A stretch of 64,000 bases of DNA from Acidithiobacillus sp. (GCF_027322205.1 NZ_DAHVHY010000001.1:11060-75059); one strand, 5' to 3'. Positions 30,138 to 39,587 are shown, numbered from the stretch's first letter. A program made the numbers and translations. Notes: generated by a model not told the origin, from the letters alone.

Positions 30138-31460
30138 ATGACCAAAGAACAACAGACATCAAACGCACATCCTGTGACACACGAATGTGACGTTCTGGTT
30201 ATAGGTGGCGGACCGGCAGGCTCGACGATCGGTGCGCTACTCGCAAAGCGCGGCTACCAAATCACCATACTAGAAAAAGCACATCATCCAAGATTTCATA
30301 TAGGTGAATCCCTGCTCCCCGCCAATTTACCGCTGCTGCAGAAATTGGGTGTTGCCCAAGAGGTAGACCAGATTGGGATGAAAAAATGGGGTGCAGAATT
30401 CAACTCGCCCTACCATACAAAGAAAAGAGAAACCTTCTTATTTGCCGATGCATGGGACAAGTCCATGCCCATGGCCTATCAGGTCAGACGCGCAGACTTC
30501 GATGATATTCTGTTTCGCAATGCGCGCAAAAAAGGCGCGACGACGATTGAGGGATGCCGGGTCCAGTCGGTTGAATTTTTGCCGCACGGAAAAGGTGCCA
30601 TAGTTCATGCCCTCCGCGAAGATGGATCGACAGAAATATGGAAAGCACGGTTCCTGGTTGATGCATCCGGTAGAGATACATTTCTCGGAACACGCTTCAA
30701 GACCAAACAGAACAACCCAAAACATAACAGCTCTGCCCTTTATGCGCATTTCCGTGGGGCACATCGCCTCCCCGGCAGTGAAGAGGGACATATTTCGCTA
30801 TTCTGGTTTGAACATGGGTGGTTTTGGTTCATCCCGTTAGCCGACGGAACTACCAGCGTGGGAGCGGTGGTATGGCCCTCTTATCTCAAAACACGAAAGA
30901 AACCCGTGGAAGATTTCTTTGCGGATACCATTGCCATGTCTCCCGATCTAGCGATGCGATTAGCAGACGCGCAGCGCGTGACCGATGTCGAAGCTACTGG
31001 CAACTACGCCTATATCTGCGAGCAGACCCATGGGGAAAGTTTCCTCATGTTGGGGGATGCATTCGCATTTTACGATCCCGTCTTTTCGTCGGGCGTCATG
31101 CTCGCCATGCAAAGCGCCTTTATCGGTGCCGATACGATTGATACTTGCCTGCGACAACCGCGACGTGCCGCCGCCGCGCTGCGTCACTTTGACCGGAAAG
31201 TTCGGCACGGAGGCAAGGTATTCTCCTGGTACATTTATCGCATGTCACAGCCCACCCTGCGCGATATGTTTATGTTTCCGGGCAATCAGGCACGAACCAA
31301 AGAGGCCGTACTATCCGTTCTCGCAGGAGATATTTTCAATAAAACACCGATTTGGAATTCCCTACGGATCTTCAAAATGGTCTATTACCTGACGTCGCTG
31401 CGGCACCTCGGAGCGTCTTGGGCCGCATACAAAAAACGAAAGGAAAACATCAGGATTTAA
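30138..31460 (+). CDS. Flavin-dependent halogenase-family protein
   Basis: GGGPAG FAD motif, HHPRFHIGESLLP, KKWGA, WFWFIP, GDAFAFYDPVFSSGV. Confidence 0.85.
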   Translation: MTKEQQTSNAHPVTHECDVLVIGGGPAGSTIGALLAKRGYQITILEKAHHPRFHIGESLLPANLPLLQKLGVAQEVDQIGMKKWGAEFNSPYHTKKRETFLFADAWDKSMPMAYQVRRADFDDILFRNARKKGATTIEGCRVQSVEFLPHGKGAIVHALREDGSTEIWKARFLVDASGRDTFLGTRFKTKQNNPKHNSSALYAHFRGAHRLPGSEEGHISLFWFEHGWFWFIPLADGTTSVGAVVWPSYLKTRKKPVEDFFADTIAMSPDLAMRLADAQRVTDVEATGNYAYICEQTHGESFLMLGDAFAFYDPVFSSGVMLAMQSAFIGADTIDTCLRQPRRAAAALRHFDRKVRHGGKVFSWYIYRMSQPTLRDMFMFPGNQARTKEAVLSVLAGDIFNKTPIWNSLRIFKMVYYLTSLRHLGASWAAYKKRKENIRI

Positions 31461-31462
31461 CC

Positions 31463-32527
31463 ATGCGCTTAGATGACGTCATGACAACAGGCACTGGCAC
31501 GCCGCTTACGCTTACTTATGCTCCGGCAGCAGTGGCATTAAACAATGACGCGTTGCGCACAGAAAACATTCTCGGTATCGTGCTGTTCGATAGTCCACTC
31601 GGCGCGGGGATCGGTGCTGACCAAAATAGTGGCATTCTAAAAACCCCCCTGAGCATTTACGGATCTGATGTCTGTGAAATCTGGAGTACCACACAGAGCG
31701 TAATTCCTGGACACTATTTGGATATACGCTATCGGCGCAGCGCAACCCTAACTTTGGGCAGTATCACCCTGGCTATAACATCACCACCTGACGATGGCGA
31801 CAACTTCAGTCCCCCGCCCATTCAGTCATGCGCTCAAGAAGCCTATCAGCAAATATTCACTCTCCTCCAAGAGAGTGGACATCTTCACCTACTCCGCGTC
31901 TGGAATTTTTTACCCGATATCAACGGTGCCACGCACGGCTTGGAACACTATCGCCAGTTCAATATTGGGCGCGCAAGTTCGTTTATTACCCACAACCGAC
32001 TTAGCGAAGAAAGTAGCATTCCCGCCGCGAGTGCTGTAGGGACATCCTCCGCAAATTTAGTCGTACACTTTCTCGCCGGACAGCACAAATCTGTAGCTCT
32101 GGAAAATCCCCGACAGATTAGCGCCTATTGCTATCCCAAAAAATATGGGCCATGCAGCCCTACCTTCTCGCGCGGCGGATGGCTCAAGCTAGATCAGCAA
32201 CATGCCTTATTTATTTCCGGAACCGCCAGCATTGTTGGCCACGACACCTTGCACATCGGTGATGTCGCCGCACAAACCCAGGAAAGCATACGGAACATTT
32301 CTGCGGTTATCGATGAAGCGAATCGCGTCGCCGGGCATCATTTATATAACTTGAACATGTTGAGCTATCGCGTCTATTTTCGCAATACTGCAGACTTAAC
32401 CGTTATCCAAACAGAGCTGAATCGGCTTATCGAACCCCTTACGGAAACGCTCTATATTCAGGCCGATATCTGTAGATCTGAACTCCTCGTGGAGATTGAG
32501 GGCACTGGCGGAGTCGTACACTTATAA
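31463..32527 (+). CDS. Chorismatase, FkbO/Hyg5/XanB2 family
   Basis: RVWNFLPDIN, YRQFNIGR, PAASAVG, ENPRQISAY, FISGTASIVGH, DICRSELLVEIEG. Confidence 0.88.
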   Translation: MRLDDVMTTGTGTPLTLTYAPAAVALNNDALRTENILGIVLFDSPLGAGIGADQNSGILKTPLSIYGSDVCEIWSTTQSVIPGHYLDIRYRRSATLTLGSITLAITSPPDDGDNFSPPPIQSCAQEAYQQIFTLLQESGHLHLLRVWNFLPDINGATHGLEHYRQFNIGRASSFITHNRLSEESSIPAASAVGTSSANLVVHFLAGQHKSVALENPRQISAYCYPKKYGPCSPTFSRGGWLKLDQQHALFISGTASIVGHDTLHIGDVAAQTQESIRNISAVIDEANRVAGHHLYNLNMLSYRVYFRNTADLTVIQTELNRLIEPLTETLYIQADICRSELLVEIEGTGGVVHL

Positions 32528-32815
32528 AATTAAGAAATACCCCATATCTATTTGCATAATATCATGACAACATTCTCATATGTTCATAAACAGCCGGGTT
32601 AAAATTAGTAATAGTCCTTTTTCTGAAAACGACTGCTTGCAAAGCAAACTATTTATTCCGGTGATTTACTTTTTGACATGTTTCTGGTATACAAGCCTTT
32701 CGTGATTTTGATCCTGAAAAAAAGAGACTGAACTTAAATCGTACTGGCTAATTTAAACCATATTCGATAGATTTAGGTTCAGCACCATTCGACCCATCAC
32801 ACCGAGAAAATACCA

Positions 32816-33262
32816 ATGAAATCAAATAAAAACATCGCCAGACTATTATCTGTCACCTGCCTTGCCTCAGGACTGATCGGCTGCGCAACCCAAGAACATC
32901 AGCCTGTATCGACTACTGCGGCATCCCAGGTCAGTGCCGTAGTGGTAGCCCCTACGGCAAGTACTGCCTCGGCACTGGACAGAGCTGCCGAAAAAACCAA
33001 CGTCCTCCCCACCCCAGGATCGCCATTCTCCAAATTGAAGATAGGCATGTCCCGACGCCAGGTTGAGCAACTGATCGGCTTTCCGGATCACACATCGAGC
33101 CACATTACCGGCAAGCAATTTATTCCATTTTACTTCGGCGGAGACACTCGCCGTACAGAAGCGTCTTATAAGGGCCAGGGTATCCTTACTTATGACAACA
33201 ACTCTCGATTTGGATCAACGGATACTTTGCTTATAATAACGGTGGACACAAATACCCCGTAA
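32816..33262 (+). CDS. Lipoprotein, SmpA/BamE-like domain
   Basis: Lipobox LIGC after a basic N-terminus; KLKIGMSRRQVEQLIGFPD. Confidence 0.75.
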   Translation: MKSNKNIARLLSVTCLASGLIGCATQEHQPVSTTAASQVSAVVVAPTASTASALDRAAEKTNVLPTPGSPFSKLKIGMSRRQVEQLIGFPDHTSSHITGKQFIPFYFGGDTRRTEASYKGQGILTYDNNSRFGSTDTLLIITVDTNTP

Positions 33263-33331
33263 AAAAGACAATGTCTCGTTGTAAATCATACCGACCGGAA
33301 ATCAGCAGCTCCAGCACCAATCGCGAAGCTG

Positions 33332-33360
33332 TTGACACAAATTTTAACTCGTGATAAAAA
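33332..33360 (+). promoter_or_regulatory. Possible sigma70 promoter for the acyltransferase-glycosyltransferase pair
   Basis: TTGACA (33332-33337), 17 nt, TAAAAA with TG upstream; -10 imperfect. Confidence 0.35.
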
Positions 33361-33516
33361 CCAAGAAAATTCAGTTAAGTTATTTAAGATCATTATTTCT
33401 GCTTAAGGTAGCGTCGATGTTGGACGGCATACAGACTAAGGGTCGGATATCCATGCAGATACATACTAATCGGGTGCGGGTGCAGGCCAGCCCATCGCGA
33501 TCAATATCTCTATCCT

Positions 33517-34296
33517 ATGGGCATTATTGATAAAATACGTTCTGCCCGAGAATACGTAGTATTCTACGTTGGTCTCGCGCTCTTGGCGAGCATTAGTCTT
33601 TTATGGTCTATTTTTGCGCTACCCATGAACATTATACTTCCCACAAAGTGGCGGAAGTTAACGGGGCGATGGGTTATTTCCATGGGGTTTAGGCTGTATC
33701 TACGGGCATTATCCGCTCTCGGTGCGTGCCATTTTGATATTAGCGCACTCGATACACTCAGCGATGAATCACCGATGGTCATCGCACCGAATCATCCCTC
33801 CCTGCTCGACGCGGTTATGATCCTTTCGCGCATGCCGCGCCTAGCATGCATCATGAAGGCGGAGTTGGTAGATAATCCATTTTTTGGCGCCGGCGCGCGC
33901 CTGGCCTGTTACATTCGTAATGACGCCATACGCCACATGCTTCACCTTGCCGTGGAGGAACTGCGCAGTGGCAGTCATTTGCTTCTTTTCCCGGAAGGCA
34001 CTCGCAGTCATCCTCTTCCCATCGGAACCATACGGGGCAGCATTGCGCTGATTGCCAAGCAGGCCCATGTCCCCATTCAGACCATATTAATCACCGCAGA
34101 CTCTCCCTTTCTCGGGAAGGGATGGCCCTTCTTTCGCAAGCCAGCCATGCCTATTCACTACCGTATAGAGATAGGCCGCCGCTTCGATCCGCCAACGGAC
34201 GTACGCCGCACCATAGCGGAACTGGAAGCCTATTTTCACTCGGCTCTGCCCGGCGAACCCTGTGCACCAGGCGTCGCGGCAGCAGACGAGTGTTAA
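33517..34296 (+). CDS. Lysophospholipid acyltransferase (PlsC-like)
   Basis: NHPSLLD (HxxxxD), FPEGTRS. Confidence 0.9.
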   Translation: MGIIDKIRSAREYVVFYVGLALLASISLLWSIFALPMNIILPTKWRKLTGRWVISMGFRLYLRALSALGACHFDISALDTLSDESPMVIAPNHPSLLDAVMILSRMPRLACIMKAELVDNPFFGAGARLACYIRNDAIRHMLHLAVEELRSGSHLLLFPEGTRSHPLPIGTIRGSIALIAKQAHVPIQTILITADSPFLGKGWPFFRKPAMPIHYRIEIGRRFDPPTDVRRTIAELEAYFHSALPGEPCAPGVAAADEC

Positions 34297-35060
34297 TGAA
34301 ACAATCCTCCAACACCCACTTAGTGCTTATTCCGAGCTACAACCCCGGGCCTAAAGTATATGAGACCGTGACTGCGGCACGTCAGCATTGGAGCCCTGTC
34401 TGGGTCGTCGTGGACGGGAGCACCGACGGCACGGCAATAGGCCTCCAGGAATTAGCGCGCCGGGATAGTGGATTGCGCATTCTTCTCCTCTCCCACAACC
34501 GTGGCAAAGGAGAAGCTGTACGATGTGGCTTGGAGCAAGCCCAGGCACAGGGCTATACCCATGTGTTGACGATGGACTCTGACGGTCAGCATCCCGCCGG
34601 GGCGGTTCCCGCATTTATGCAAGCATCTGCCGACAACCCTGACGCCATGATCCTCGGCGTACCGGTTTTTGATGCCAGTGCCCCCGCTCTTCGGGTAAAA
34701 GGTCGCAAGATATCGAACTGGTGGGCCAACCTGGAAACATTAGGCGGGGGTATCAGTGACTCCCTCTTTGGCTTTCGCGTTTATCCCCTCGTCCCCCTGC
34801 AGCGCCTCATGCACAAACAGCGCTGGATGCGGCGTTTCGATTTCGATCCAGAAGCCGCTGTACGAATGTCCTGGATGGGAATTCGCATTATCAACTTACC
34901 GGCGCCCGTGCGTTATTTTGAGACCAGCGATGGCGGGGTTTCTCATTTTCATTACCTGCGTGATAATGTTCTGTTGACCTGGATGCATACCCGTTTATTT
35001 CTTGGTTTTATAATACGCCTGCCGATGTTATTGGCGCGCCGGATACGGCAGCAGCATTAG
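34296..35060 (+). CDS. Glycosyltransferase family 2
   Basis: LIPSYN, VVDGSTDGT, NRGKGEA, MDSDGQH, DSLFGFRVYP; TAATG overlap with upstream gene. Confidence 0.92.
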   Translation: MKQSSNTHLVLIPSYNPGPKVYETVTAARQHWSPVWVVVDGSTDGTAIGLQELARRDSGLRILLLSHNRGKGEAVRCGLEQAQAQGYTHVLTMDSDGQHPAGAVPAFMQASADNPDAMILGVPVFDASAPALRVKGRKISNWWANLETLGGGISDSLFGFRVYPLVPLQRLMHKQRWMRRFDFDPEAAVRMSWMGIRIINLPAPVRYFETSDGGVSHFHYLRDNVLLTWMHTRLFLGFIIRLPMLLARRIRQQH

Positions 35061-35087
35061 CTGTCATATGCCCCGCTGTTCAGTATT

Positions 35088-36386
35088 TTAAGTAGCAACG
35101 GCCTCCCCATGTTGCCCATGCACATGGGGTAACCAGCGCCGCAGCAACGGCGTTGTGACGACGGTGCTCACAATAGCCATAATGACCAGCATAGTAAAAA
35201 CATTTTCTGAAATGGCCCCCATATCATAACCCACATTAATGACAATAAGCTCCATGAGTGCTCTGGTGTTCATCATGACCCCAATGATTTTCCCCTGATG
35301 ATGATTCAATCCTGAAATCCGTGCGGCGACATACACGCCAGCAAACTTAGAGATCGTCGCCAATATCAATATTAAACCACACCAAATCCACAAGCCCAGG
35401 CCATCGAGCGCGGCAATATTAGTTCGCAAGCCGGTATAAGTAAAAAATATTGGCAGAAAAAAAACCAAAACGAAAGGGGCAACACGCTCTTGCCATAGCC
35501 TGGAAAAAGCGACTTCGTCATACAATATGACGCCCATAATAAATCCACCAAATATCGTAAATATTCCTAACGCTGAGGTGATCATACCCGAGATTAATAT
35601 GCCCACTAAGACAATCCCCAGAAAAGTCGCAGATATCTCATGCTCGGCATGAAAGTGGCGGATCGCCCATTTCATGAGTGGCCGAACGAAATAAAACCAC
35701 GCCAGGACAAAAAGTAAAACGAAAAATACCTTGGCCAAAAATAAGGGAAATTGAAATTGCGCAAGCGCCAAGGCCGTTACCAGTGCGAGTAACAACCAGC
35801 CCACCACGTCATTTATCGCTGCAGCACTGATTGCGATCACCCCAAGCCGAGATTTTGTTATGCCCAGCTCCATCATAATGCGACCGAGAACAGGAACAGC
35901 CGTAATGGAAAAAGCGGTAGCCACAAAGAGCGCCGAAACCCAGCGGTTTGCCTCCGGAGAAAGCAGAGGGGCGCTCATGAAGCCCACGCCAAAACCCGTA
36001 GCAAATGGTAACAAGAGGCTAGCCATCGCTATCCATAACACTACACGGCGATTGGCTTTTTCCTTAAGATGCGAAAAATCAAATTCCAGGCCGACCTGAA
36101 ACATCAGCAAGATAAGGCCTAACTGGGAAAGGACATCTAACGGCCCTGACGGAATAGAATGGAAAACCCAATGAAAAGGAACGGGCATTATCCAGCCGAA
36201 TAATGAAGGACCCAGCAGAATTCCCGCAATAATTTCTCCAACAACAGTGGCCTGGGCTATTCTAGCAGCAAAGCTTCCCGCAAGGCGCGCGGCCAGAATA
36301 ATAATGCAAAGTTGTGCCAAGGTAAAAAATACCAGACGTTCGGATTGCTGGGTTGCCAAATCCGCAACATGCTTACCAATGGTCAT
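35088..36386 (-). CDS. Cation:proton antiporter (CPA2/Na_H_Exchanger)
   Basis: GEIIAGILLGPS, LMFQVGLEFD, SITAVPVLGRI, AINDVVGW, MNTRALMELIV; about 12 TM. Confidence 0.9.
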   Translation of the reverse strand: MTIGKHVADLATQQSERLVFFTLAQLCIIILAARLAGSFAARIAQATVVGEIIAGILLGPSLFGWIMPVPFHWVFHSIPSGPLDVLSQLGLILLMFQVGLEFDFSHLKEKANRRVVLWIAMASLLLPFATGFGVGFMSAPLLSPEANRWVSALFVATAFSITAVPVLGRIMMELGITKSRLGVIAISAAAINDVVGWLLLALVTALALAQFQFPLFLAKVFFVLLFVLAWFYFVRPLMKWAIRHFHAEHEISATFLGIVLVGILISGMITSALGIFTIFGGFIMGVILYDEVAFSRLWQERVAPFVLVFFLPIFFTYTGLRTNIAALDGLGLWIWCGLILILATISKFAGVYVAARISGLNHHQGKIIGVMMNTRALMELIVINVGYDMGAISENVFTMLVIMAIVSTVVTTPLLRRWLPHVHGQHGEAVAT

Positions 36387-36402
36387 AAAATTGTTTCTAT
36401 GT

Positions 36403-37125
36403 TCATACCATGGCACCATTGACCGATATAATCTGCCCACTGATGTAAGCCGCTTTTTCTGAGGCCAGGAAACCCACGAGATCAGCGACCTCGGCCGGTT
36501 GTCCCGCCCGCCCCATGGGCACCATCTGGGTGATTCGCGCAGCATCAAAAGCCTGCGCACTCATTTCCGTGGCGATAATACCGGGCGCTACGGCATTGAC
36601 GGTAATACCCCGGCTGGCCACTTCCAACGCTAGCGATTTAGTCGCCGCATGTAACGCACCTTTCGCTGCTGCGTAATTTACTTGTCCGCGGTTCCCCATA
36701 AGCGCTGCCACGGAGGTAATATTGATGATCCGTCCCCAGCGGGTGCGGATCATGGGCATCAAGACGGCCTGCGTAACATGGAAAAAGCCGTTCAACGAAA
36801 CATCTATGACCTCCTGCCACTGCTGCGGACTGAGCCCTGGAAAAGCCGCATCATCGTGGATTCCGGCATTATTGATCAACACCTGTATCGGCCCCGATGC
36901 AATCAATTCCTGTACGGACTGGGTGGTCGTCTCGCGGTCGGTAATATCGAAGGCTGACACCACTGCGCGACCGCCAGCGTCTCTGATGGACGCCGCCAAA
37001 GCGGTAGCTTTTATCAGGTTGCGATGGGTATGAATAATGACGTCAAAGCCATCTGCGGCCAGCCTTTGGCAGATAGCGGCACCAATGCTACCGCTCCCGC
37101 CCGTCACCAAGGCACGTTTACACAT
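36403..37125 (-). CDS. fabG: 3-oxoacyl-ACP reductase (cluster-specific FabG/XanH-like)
   Basis: TGGSGSIG, NNAGI, YAAAK, VAPGII. Confidence 0.92.
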   Translation of the reverse strand: MCKRALVTGGSGSIGAAICQRLAADGFDVIIHTHRNLIKATALAASIRDAGGRAVVSAFDITDRETTTQSVQELIASGPIQVLINNAGIHDDAAFPGLSPQQWQEVIDVSLNGFFHVTQAVLMPMIRTRWGRIINITSVAALMGNRGQVNYAAAKGALHAATKSLALEVASRGITVNAVAPGIIATEMSAQAFDAARITQMVPMGRAGQPAEVADLVGFLASEKAAYISGQIISVNGAMV

Positions 37126-37576
37126 CTGGGGCTTCCTGTTTAGCCGCCACGAAAATAATGATCCGACCCTTAACGAGTATATGTCGGTCAGCAGAGATAG
37201 CGAAGTTGTAAAGCAAACTACTGTGGGCAGCGAGTCTTGTTGCACTGACCGCCAAATCGCCCTCGATATCGTCGAGGCGCGTTATTTCCAGACATAATTC
37301 TCGGACACTCGCGAGGTAACCCGCACCGGTCCTTTGAGGTTTACCTCCCTCTTCTCCCCGTACTAATGCATCATGTACAGCCATGGCCTGTGCCGCATAC
37401 TCGACAGCGCAGATCGCACCCAACCGTCCAGCCACCCGCAATGGGTTGCTTGCGCTTCGATGGCTGCTCGCGACACAGAGAATCTGTTCGTCATCCCAAC
37501 GCTCTACGCAATCCAGCAAGAGCATATTGCCTTTATGTGGAAGGTGATCGGAGATCCACTGACGACCTATCGACAC
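37118..37576 (-). CDS. Hotdog-fold 3-hydroxyacyl-ACP dehydratase subunit (ApeP-like)
   Basis: LPHKGNMLLLD, EYAAQAMAVH, GYLASVR; GTG start. Confidence 0.85.
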   Translation of the reverse strand: MSIGRQWISDHLPHKGNMLLLDCVERWDDEQILCVASSHRSASNPLRVAGRLGAICAVEYAAQAMAVHDALVRGEEGGKPQRTGAGYLASVRELCLEITRLDDIEGDLAVSATRLAAHSSLLYNFAISADRHILVKGRIIIFVAAKQEAPDV

Positions 37577-38376
37577 GGCGCCACTTCCAGCACCAGATAT
37601 TGAGAAGGCAAATACACCAATACGATATTTCCGGTATCCTGCCGCGCGATGGATTGCAGCAGCGGCAAACAACCTGCGGCGGGGATAGCTCTGGAGAGAT
37701 CGTCAAGCAGCAGGTCGGACATCGCTTGCCCCGGCAACTCGGCAAAGGGCAGGTCGCCAGCAATCCGAATCTGCGCCAGAGATTTGCCAGGATGCGGCGT
37801 TACCGTCAATAACAATGCAACCGCAAAAATATCAGGTACCGGGCGAACGGCGGATAGCGGAAAAGGATAATCCTGGTCACTGGCCACCAGCAACACAGGA
37901 GTACGGAGCGACACCAGCAGCGATACGGCTTCTAACAGGCCAGCCGCAAAACTTCCATCATAGGCGCTCACCACCGACGATGGTGCCATCGCGCCCGTGG
38001 CAATACCCCAGTAACCAGAAATCGCGTTATGCACGGAATTGTGAAACTGGGTGGGTGATATCAGATGGTCGTCGGCGGCCAGCGCCGAACAAATAGCGTT
38101 GCAGATATCCCCATCGCCACCCGAAGAGGCAAACACCGATGCCGGCTCCGCAGGCAAGACACCCGCCATGGTACAGGCCGCATATCCCACCTGCAGTGCG
38201 GCCATAACCCCTCTGCTGGCCCGGCGTCGTTCTGCCGGGGGCAAGGATTCCGGCGGCGATAATATGGTCTTTCCGGGTAGATAAGCATGTTCACCCTTCA
38301 GTAGACATACGGCCTCTTGCCAGCTTTCCATGCCCGGCCCCAACACACCAATACCTTCCACATACACAGGATGCAT
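37567..38376 (-). CDS. Ketosynthase chain-length factor
   Basis: LPPAERRRAS, SPTQFHNSVHNAISGYW; lacks catalytic Cys; directly after KS. Confidence 0.88.
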   Translation of the reverse strand: MHPVYVEGIGVLGPGMESWQEAVCLLKGEHAYLPGKTILSPPESLPPAERRRASRGVMAALQVGYAACTMAGVLPAEPASVFASSGGDGDICNAICSALAADDHLISPTQFHNSVHNAISGYWGIATGAMAPSSVVSAYDGSFAAGLLEAVSLLVSLRTPVLLVASDQDYPFPLSAVRPVPDIFAVALLLTVTPHPGKSLAQIRIAGDLPFAELPGQAMSDLLLDDLSRAIPAAGCLPLLQSIARQDTGNIVLVYLPSQYLVLEVAPCR

Positions 38377-38393
38377 AGCAATACCCCGGTTCG

Positions 38394-39587
38394 TTAAATG
38401 GGACGGCCAAAAATCAGGCTGCAGTTACTGCCGCCAAAACCGAATGAATTACTTAACACCGTGGAGATCGCACCCCCCTGATTTTGGGAAATGTAATTAA
38501 TTTCCAGCGACTGATCCCGCGGTCCGGTATATGGACTCGACGGCATAAAGTCATTTTGAATGGCCAATACGCATATGGCGGCTTCCAGGGCACCGGCGGC
38601 ACCCAACGTATGGCCCGTAGCCCCCTTCGTAGAGCTACATGGTGTTGCTGTACCGAAGACATTCGCTATAGCAATTGCTTCTGCCGCATCATTCGCCACG
38701 GTGCCAGTACCGTGCAGATTAATATAATCAATATGCTCAGGACCCAATCCTGCAGAGACCAGTGCGCGCTCCATAGCCAGGCGCGCGCCCAAGCCCTGCG
38801 GATGTGGCGAGGACATATGATAGGCATCACTGGATTCGCCGACACCCAATAACCAGACGGCTTCGCGGCCCTGAGGACCGGCCATCCTCTCCACGAGCAT
38901 ATACGCAGCCGCCTCCCCAATAGAAATGCCCGCACGATCACCACTAAATGGTCGACAAGGTTCTTTAGCCAAAAGACCCAGAGACTCAAAACCATAGAGT
39001 GTCGTCGCGCATAAAGAATCCACACCGCCCACCACCGCCGCATCAATCAGACCATAATCCACCATCCGCTGGGCGGAGGCGAAGACCTTCGCACTGGAAG
39101 AACATGCCGACGAAACGGCCACAGCAGGGCCTTCAAGACCAAGCTTACGCCGGACAAACTCCGTAAGGGAATAAGGGCTATGCGTGCCCGCATATACGAA
39201 TTCTGCCGGTAGCTGGCCACTCACTGCGTCACGATGTCGAAACGCCCACTCGGTACGTAACATACCGGCAGTGCTCGTTCCCAAGAAAACACCTACGCGC
39301 CGCCGCCCCCAACGACTGACGGCCGCCTCAACCGCATCGGCAAAACCATCTTGAGAAAGTGCAAGTTGGGCCAGGCGGTTATTACGACAATTGAAGTCTC
39401 GCAGATCGGCGTCAATTTTTTCATCATCAACGCCAGCCACCTCACCAACCCAGGTATCGACGACCATATCGCGGAATGCACAAGGCGCAAGCCCACTCCG
39501 CCGCCCATGCAATGCGGCCAGGGTTTGCTCCAGACCACGGCCAATACAACTTGTAGCGGTCATGCCAGAAATCATCAAAATGGACAT
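38394..39587 (-). CDS. Beta-ketoacyl-ACP synthase (aryl polyene KS)
   Basis: Cys-His-His triad: SSACSSS, HGTGT, KGATGHTLGAAG; SNSFGFGGSN. Confidence 0.93.
   Translation of the reverse strand: MSILMISGMTATSCIGRGLEQTLAALHGRRSGLAPCAFRDMVVDTWVGEVAGVDDEKIDADLRDFNCRNNRLAQLALSQDGFADAVEAAVSRWGRRRVGVFLGTSTAGMLRTEWAFRHRDAVSGQLPAEFVYAGTHSPYSLTEFVRRKLGLEGPAVAVSSACSSSAKVFASAQRMVDYGLIDAAVVGGVDSLCATTLYGFESLGLLAKEPCRPFSGDRAGISIGEAAAYMLVERMAGPQGREAVWLLGVGESSDAYHMSSPHPQGLGARLAMERALVSAGLGPEHIDYINLHGTGTVANDAAEAIAIANVFGTATPCSSTKGATGHTLGAAGALEAAICVLAIQNDFMPSSPYTGPRDQSLEINYISQNQGGAISTVLSNSFGFGGSNCSLIFGRPI

Noticed and set aside
32728-32783. Inverted repeat with AAC/GTT ends considered as an integron attC site
   Set aside because: ACTGAAC/GTTCAGC do not fit RYYYAAC/GTTRRRY, there are no L boxes, it is 200 nt from the upstream stop, and no intI is present
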